Position numbers and translations under genes: made by a program. A stretch of DNA of 60,251 bases from the IMG/VR virus record IMGVR_UViG_3300032257_000013, positions 1 to 60,251 of that record. One strand, 5' to 3'. The notes under the pieces were generated by a model. The model saw only the letters and a list, made by a program, of their open reading frames with translations, was not told the origin of the DNA and did no database searches. Source of the stretch: a virus (taxonomy: Duplodnaviria > Caudoviricetes). Shown here piece after piece: positions 56,171-60,251 of the stretch (position 1 is its first letter; the number at the start of each line of letters is the position of its first letter).

Positions 56171-56646
56171 TGCTCGCCATCCAAACCATCCAAACCATTA
56201 GGCTCAACGTCAAGAACCAATCCCCAATCATCAGCTAACATATCTGTCTGTGAAGCTAGCCACCCAGGAAGCATTGCCCGACGTCCTTCTGAGTTCACTG
56301 TGTACATGTCAATATGTGGCAATATTTCTTGATTTGGCTCAATACCAACCGCTTCCGCGTAAGGAGTTCCTTTGCGAAAGGTAATTCCTATTGTTCCGGG
56401 GACATAAATGCAAAACATCCCTTTGCCATTCCAGCCTTTACGAGCAACCTTTAGCCCGCGCTTCATAGCCTCAATAGCCAAGCCAAAGCTCATGCCGTCC
56501 GCTTCCCGGTAAGCATCCTCAAATACATCTTCTGGCGACCAACTACGACAGCCATCAGGAGAGAGAACAGCATAACCGGGTTGGTTATTCTGAGATTCAG
56601 GTTTTGCCTGGATAGTCTTTGTGCCGATATACGTCTTCATTTTCAT
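56167..56646 (-). CDS. DUF2829/Tad2-like protein fused to an N-terminal YIGTK..SWSP domain
   Basis: FG.AIEA.K.G.KVARKGWNGKGMF and WLASQTDMLADDW; N-terminal YIGTK..GY.V..DG..SWSP..VFE.AY. Confidence 0.8.
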   Translation of the reverse strand: MKMKTYIGTKTIQAKPESQNNQPGYAVLSPDGCRSWSPEDVFEDAYREADGMSFGLAIEAMKRGLKVARKGWNGKGMFCIYVPGTIGITFRKGTPYAEAVGIEPNQEILPHIDMYTVNSEGRRAMLPGWLASQTDMLADDWGLVLDVEPNGLDGLDGEQ

Positions 56647-56698
56647 TTCATGCCCCCTTCGCTTGAAATAAAACCCCATTAACAATTGGGTTAGTTAG

Positions 56699-56899
56699 TT
56701 ACATCTCTCTGCTCGCCCAAAGCCACTTAGTATTCTTTGATGGCCTTTCCGGGCATTGCCTTTCATCGTGATAACCGCAATCACCGCAAGCGCATTTTCT
56801 TGTGCGCTCCCACTTCCGACTGCCCATGCTTCTCATAAGCGCCGCGTCAGCAATATTTTCTATGCGACATAGCTCTTCTGGATCATCCAGCAAAACCAT
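56699..56899 (-). CDS. Small Cys-rich hypothetical protein
   Basis: CACGDCG.H...C. Confidence 0.45.
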   Translation of the reverse strand: MVLLDDPEELCRIENIADAALMRSMGSRKWERTRKCACGDCGYHDERQCPERPSKNTKWLWASREM

Positions 56900-56906
56900 C
56901 TCCCAT

Positions 56907-56941
56907 AAAAAAGCCCCTGACTATTCGAGATAGCCAGGGGC
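56907..56941 (-). terminator. Intrinsic terminator
   Basis: GCCCCTG...CAGGGGC followed by T6 on minus strand. Confidence 0.7.
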
Positions 56942-56970
56942 AATTCATTTCTTATTGTTATTCTTGGTCG

Positions 56971-57309
56971 TTATGTCGTTAAAAGCGTACTGCCGCGCCA
57001 ACTACCAGACGTAAATTTATCGCCGGCTACATTAGCATTGGACAGTGAGTCATTAAGCACATAAACAATTCCGGTACAAGCAGGACACGGTTCGCCGCCT
57101 AATGCCATATCGGTTTGATCGTTAGTTCCAGGGCTATCATAATAAGCTGCGTACGCAAGCTCACTGCCAGCTATTGCAGCTACAGCGTCACCACTGCCAG
57201 CACCAATAGACAAAGCGATAACAGAGTCGTCAAACGTTACATCAGCGAATACCGGCATCGCTAAAAACGCAAACGCCACCATCCAAAGCATCAAAAAACC
57301 TTTCTTCAT
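56971..57309 (-). CDS. Exported protein with signal peptide
   Basis: MKKGFLMLWMVAFAFLAMPVFA; AGGAGG RBS; CPAC. Confidence 0.65.
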   Translation of the reverse strand: MKKGFLMLWMVAFAFLAMPVFADVTFDDSVIALSIGAGSGDAVAAIAGSELAYAAYYDSPGTNDQTDMALGGEPCPACTGIVYVLNDSLSNANVAGDKFTSGSWRGSTLLTT

Positions 57310-57349
57310 GGGATCACCTCCTAATGTTATTTTTCAAACGACAGAAACG

Positions 57350-57432
57350 AAAAAACCCAACACAGTGGTTGGGTTCTCTTGGGATTTCTTCTATCTTGGT
57401 AAATTATGACATGAAAGTGTCAGGTTGAGCAA
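57350..57432 (-). promoter_or_regulatory. pR'-like late promoter followed by tR'-like terminator
   Basis: TTGCTC-N18-CATAAT (57432-57403) then AACCCAAC..GTTGGG-T6 (57350-57375), directly after the Q-position gene. Confidence 0.55.
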
Positions 57433-57453
57433 GCATTGATTATGCTTATTTAA

Positions 57454-58029
57454 TCAAAACACCCCTACCTCATCTAACCGCTCAGTTATATGCCGCTCCG
57501 CTTGCTCAAGATGAAGATAAATATTGTTATAACACTCCGACAAAAGCTTGGACCATCCCGACTCACTAAACGATTGTCGAGTTATATACATATTTTTCGC
57601 CATCATAGATCGTGTTACTCGCCGTTCCAGCCCCAACTCCTTATACCTAACGTTTTCAATGACACAGCCTGCCATCCCTCTAATCTTTGCGATTTCCTTT
57701 CGCTCGCCTTCATCGCTTCGGTGCAGCTCATGCGCAAGAAAGTCACTCGCCCCTAGCAGTCTTGCATTGTCCCAGGCACCGTACACTTCGCAGAATAGCC
57801 GGCCAGCTGCATGAACCGGGCAGTTATTGGCAATGACGCTGATCGTATGGGCCAGGTCTTTAACATCCTCCAGCGAAATACCGCTGCTTCCCCCCTGCCT
57901 ATTCGACTTCATAATGGTGCCAATCTGAGACTTAACGCCAGAACGTAGCAACACTTCTTCTGCCCACCCAATAGCTGACTGTGCATTATCGAATTTTATT
58001 ATTGGTTTTTCTTCGACTGCTTGATTCAT
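57454..58029 (-). CDS. Putative late-gene activator/antiterminator (Q position)
   Basis: Last early gene before pR'/tR'; C-terminal HTH-like segment TRSMMAKNMYITRQSF. Confidence 0.5.
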   Translation of the reverse strand: MNQAVEEKPIIKFDNAQSAIGWAEEVLLRSGVKSQIGTIMKSNRQGGSSGISLEDVKDLAHTISVIANNCPVHAAGRLFCEVYGAWDNARLLGASDFLAHELHRSDEGERKEIAKIRGMAGCVIENVRYKELGLERRVTRSMMAKNMYITRQSFSESGWSKLLSECYNNIYLHLEQAERHITERLDEVGVF

Positions 58030-58031
58030 TC

Positions 58032-58358
58032 CTACCTCCGCCAGTTATTGCCATATCTCGATGATCGTTTCTTCCTTGCCGGTCGTTTTTTCTTGACTGA
58101 AGCTGACTTCTTTGACGTGCTTGGGGCTATCATCTGCAAGTATTCCGGCATGGACAAACCCATCGATGACAGCCTTTCCGCTGATGCCATCAGGGTCACA
58201 CAACCGTTTTCTTCTGGAGTGGATATGGATCCGGACACGGCTTTGTGGATCCAGTCCCTCAATTTCTTCCGATCCCAATGGTGCATTGCCAGGATCCGGT
58301 TCCATGTTGGCAGCCTGAACGGTAGAACAATCCTCATTACCAGCTTTTCTTCTTTCAT
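58032..58358 (-). CDS. Overlapping ORF carrying the RusA-like N-terminal half
   Basis: IVLPFRLPTWNRILAMHHWDRKKLRDWIHKAV resembles the RusA LP.P.S.N..W N-terminus. Confidence 0.55.
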   Translation of the reverse strand: MKEEKLVMRIVLPFRLPTWNRILAMHHWDRKKLRDWIHKAVSGSISTPEENGCVTLMASAERLSSMGLSMPEYLQMIAPSTSKKSASVKKKRPARKKRSSRYGNNWRR

Positions 58359-58365
58359 CCGTCAT
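58045..58365 (-). CDS. Overlapping ORF carrying the RusA-like catalytic half
   Basis: VRIHIHSRRKRLCDPDGISGKAVIDGFVHAGILADDSPKHV; ATGA coupling to upstream gene. Confidence 0.65.
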   Translation of the reverse strand: MTDERRKAGNEDCSTVQAANMEPDPGNAPLGSEEIEGLDPQSRVRIHIHSRRKRLCDPDGISGKAVIDGFVHAGILADDSPKHVKEVSFSQEKTTGKEETIIEIWQ

Positions 58366-58625
58366 TCCTCCGCTCCGCACCAGTCACATTCCTTGCCAAC
58401 TTCAATCGAGATATCACCTTCAACACAACAATTATGCCGCCACATTTCAGGATCGACTCTAAGTTTAAAATGACTGCTACGACACTTCGGGAAAGTTCTC
58501 GGCTCAGTTAATCCGCAAGAATACGTGTCTTGGAATATCTCGGTGCGATGCTGGCAAGCTTGGCACCCGAGCTCTTTAATTTCCATTGACTGCGCCTTGC
58601 GTTCTGTAACAGTTAAGTCAGTCAT
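58362..58625 (-). CDS. Cys-rich hypothetical protein
   Basis: CQAC..C..C..CC..CDWCG; coupled. Confidence 0.55.
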   Translation of the reverse strand: MTDLTVTERKAQSMEIKELGCQACQHRTEIFQDTYSCGLTEPRTFPKCRSSHFKLRVDPEMWRHNCCVEGDISIEVGKECDWCGAEE

Positions 58626-58951
58626 AAACTCGCCTCGTAAACCGACAACACTTTTGCAAGGTGCGGCTTCACTCTTGAATCCATCATCCTGATAACGTCG
58701 CGGACAATCTCTGCCGATTCATCATGAGATTTACTTTTCACATGCACGGCCTTAGCCTTACTTTTTACAATCCCATAAAGCAATTCATTTTTATCTTGAA
58801 TGGATATAATTAATTTTTCTTTTACTAAAATTTTTAATGTTTTAGCTACTGAATCAGGATCATAAACAGGAATATTCTGAGACACTTCTAAAGGCGTCAT
58901 ACCAATCCTTTTTTTACTAAGCACTTTAATCACATTATCGCGAATACTCAC
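58622..58951 (-). CDS. Winged-helix-like hypothetical protein
   Basis: GMTPLEVSQ..SVAKTLKILVKEKLI pattern. Confidence 0.5.
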   Translation of the reverse strand: MSIRDNVIKVLSKKRIGMTPLEVSQNIPVYDPDSVAKTLKILVKEKLIISIQDKNELLYGIVKSKAKAVHVKSKSHDESAEIVRDVIRMMDSRVKPHLAKVLSVYEASL

Positions 58952-59238
58952 TTAATCACCCCCTCTCGTATTGCTCGCTCAATCGTTGCTATAACAAGAT
59001 CCCTTTGATCAACATTATGTTTTGCTTCCCAGGACTCCCAACCAATCCGGTGAAAGTCATCGTGCTCTTCTCTCGTTAAAGGCATAGTAAATAAATCTGA
59101 TGGCTTTACGCTGCCGCCATACCCTCGCCCTTTTATATGATGCGGGTCATCAGCAGGAAGCCCCGATATGCAGGATGGCAATTGCTTAACCCAGTCTTTA
59201 TACTTCTGGCTTCGGAATGGTTTTATTTTCTGCATCAA
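58948..59238 (-). CDS. DUF968/HNH-like nin-region protein
   Basis: KY.DWVK.LP.CISG..ADDPHH..G...K.SD.F..PL..E.H...H. Confidence 0.75.
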   Translation of the reverse strand: MMQKIKPFRSQKYKDWVKQLPSCISGLPADDPHHIKGRGYGGSVKPSDLFTMPLTREEHDDFHRIGWESWEAKHNVDQRDLVIATIERAIREGVIK

Positions 59239-59693
59239 ACAAATCCTAGTATCTGCGCAACAACATCATCAAGATCATCCCGCGTGTAATTCGTTAGCAC
59301 TCGCCGCAATATCACATCTGCGACTTTTGAATAGACTCTTTCAAATTCCTCATCATCCATATTCGCAAAACTAATGCTGTCCGCTTCCGCTCTAACATCA
59401 CCATTCAGATTTGCTACCGGCTCATAGAATCCAGCGGCAATAATGCAGTCTTTACGAAACCGCTCTTTATTTTTTTGCACCGGAAGCCCTTTGTATTCGA
59501 TTTCATCTGGCTCGAACGCATCAAACCCAACATTCAGCATAGTGAAGAATTTTTGAAGAAATATGTAATTCCTTGGCTGCTTGCACTCGATAGAAACAAC
59601 GTTGCCCGTTTTAACTTTTCCAATAAACGCTGCCGTTTCATCGTCATCAGGAATAAGTACGCCGCCCGGCATTTTTTTCATGTAGCCTTTCAC
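59235..59693 (-). CDS. DUF1367 family nin-region protein
   Basis: PRN..F..KFF..L, AGFY, SISFANMD..EF..VY. Confidence 0.8.
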   Translation of the reverse strand: MKGYMKKMPGGVLIPDDDETAAFIGKVKTGNVVSIECKQPRNYIFLQKFFTMLNVGFDAFEPDEIEYKGLPVQKNKERFRKDCIIAAGFYEPVANLNGDVRAEADSISFANMDDEEFERVYSKVADVILRRVLTNYTRDDLDDVVAQILGFV

Positions 59694-59965
59694 GCTCTCA
59701 TTTTCCTTTTTCGATAAAAGCCCACAAACTCTGGATATTCATTTTCCAGTTTCCGCGTGTAAAAAGATGTGTAGTTATTATTCAGCTTGAATTGATCGCC
59801 TGTTGTCTCAATGGCCATATGCCAGCGTATGCGCTCAAACACGGCCTTTGAACCAAAGTGCTGATACCCACGCCGCATGGCTTCCCGTGAAAAACGAACA
59901 AACAACCTGAAGATGTGCGGATTACGCTGATCGTATTCTTCAAATTTTGATTCAAGCGTTTTGAT
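59690..59965 (-). CDS. Conserved-type phage protein; start uncertain (possible ATC at 59965)
   Basis: FE.Y...NP.I...F..F...G......K..FERIRW...FKLNNNY...Y.R motif extends upstream of the TTG call at 59905. Confidence 0.6.
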   Translation of the reverse strand: MKTLESKFEEYDQRNPHIFRLFVRFSREAMRRGYQHFGSKAVFERIRWHMAIETTGDQFKLNNNYTSFYTRKLENEYPEFVGFYRKRKMRA

Positions 59966-60101
59966 TAGCCTGCACCCTCTTCACGTAATACCTAACCCAA
60001 TCCAGAACCCGAGCAGGGTTATCGTATTTTCCCGCCTCGCTTTTTACTGCTTCGGCGTCACGATCACGAATAAACTTTGCGGCTATCTCTCTAGGTGCCA
60101 T
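59952..60101 (-). CDS. 49-aa hypothetical protein (not in ORF track)
   Basis: MAPREIAAKFIRDRDAEAVKSEAGKYDNPARVLDWVRYYVKRVQANQNA; starts 5 nt after the primase stop. Confidence 0.45.
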   Translation of the reverse strand: MAPREIAAKFIRDRDAEAVKSEAGKYDNPARVLDWVRYYVKRVQANQNA

Positions 60102-60105
60102 CGGT

Positions 60106-60251
60106 CTATCCACCCGTTATCTCATCAAGCCAGTCAGTGCCAACCTGCTTTGGTATTCTCACATCGACATCACGCTTTTCTCTAACAGCCAGCCTGTTTG
60201 CTAATGCGTATGCTGCCTTTTGTCCTGCGTATGACATATCGTTGTCGCCGC
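60106..60251 (-). CDS. 3' end of the primase gene (continuation of 1-887)
   Basis: ...GTDWLDEITGG then TAG at 60106-60108. Confidence 0.85.
   Translation of the reverse strand, partial: GDNDMSYAGQKAAYALANRLAVREKRDVDVRIPKQVGTDWLDEITGG
60125..60251. repeat. Terminal direct repeat, copy of 1-127
   Basis: Exact sequence identity with the window start. Confidence 0.95.

Noticed and set aside
58226-58252. GGATCCA direct repeats 20 nt apart as a hop site joining the RusA frames
   Set aside because: A backward hop lands in the third frame and a forward hop deletes the helix end, so neither yields a plausible protein.
60125-60251. 127-bp terminal repeat as a biological DTR
   Set aside because: It lies inside the primase ORF and its length matches a common assembler k-mer overlap.

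Overview
The window is a complete, circularly assembled temperate podovirus-like phage genome of about 60,124 bp (bases 60125-60251 repeat bases 1-127), probably from a proteobacterial host. The lambdoid immunity region (cI/cro/cII, operators, PL/PR) separates two early arms. The minus-strand arm carries the replication initiator, SF2 helicase and primase (which crosses the origin), then the nin-like genes and a Q-like gene. The plus-strand arm carries yfdP/yfdQ, bet, HNH, YqaJ exonuclease, DEDDh exonuclease, ssb, an RlmN/Cfr-like radical SAM enzyme, a C5-MTase, xis and int. After int come a full tRNA-Leu(UAA) and attP. The late operon (minus strand) holds terminase, portal, scaffold, N4-gp56-type capsid, tail/adaptor, lysis and ejection genes, ending in a 3216-aa polyvalent protein. 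Most notable observations: (1) a CsrA-like gene followed by two GCGC-ANGA-GUGC hairpins, one mutually exclusive with a stem that buries the capsid SD and AUG, a candidate phage translational switch; (2) a RusA resolvase split over two fully overlapping open frames; (3) an attP core limited to the tRNA-Leu anticodon arm plus a complete replacement tRNA; (4) a G10 tract that frameshifts a C5-MTase; (5) an Acb1-like 2H domain inside the giant ejected protein; (6) signal-peptide, cysteine-rich virion-like proteins in the tail region; (7) an unexplained structured RNA at 7503-7653. All family assignments come from motif recognition by eye; no database searches were run.
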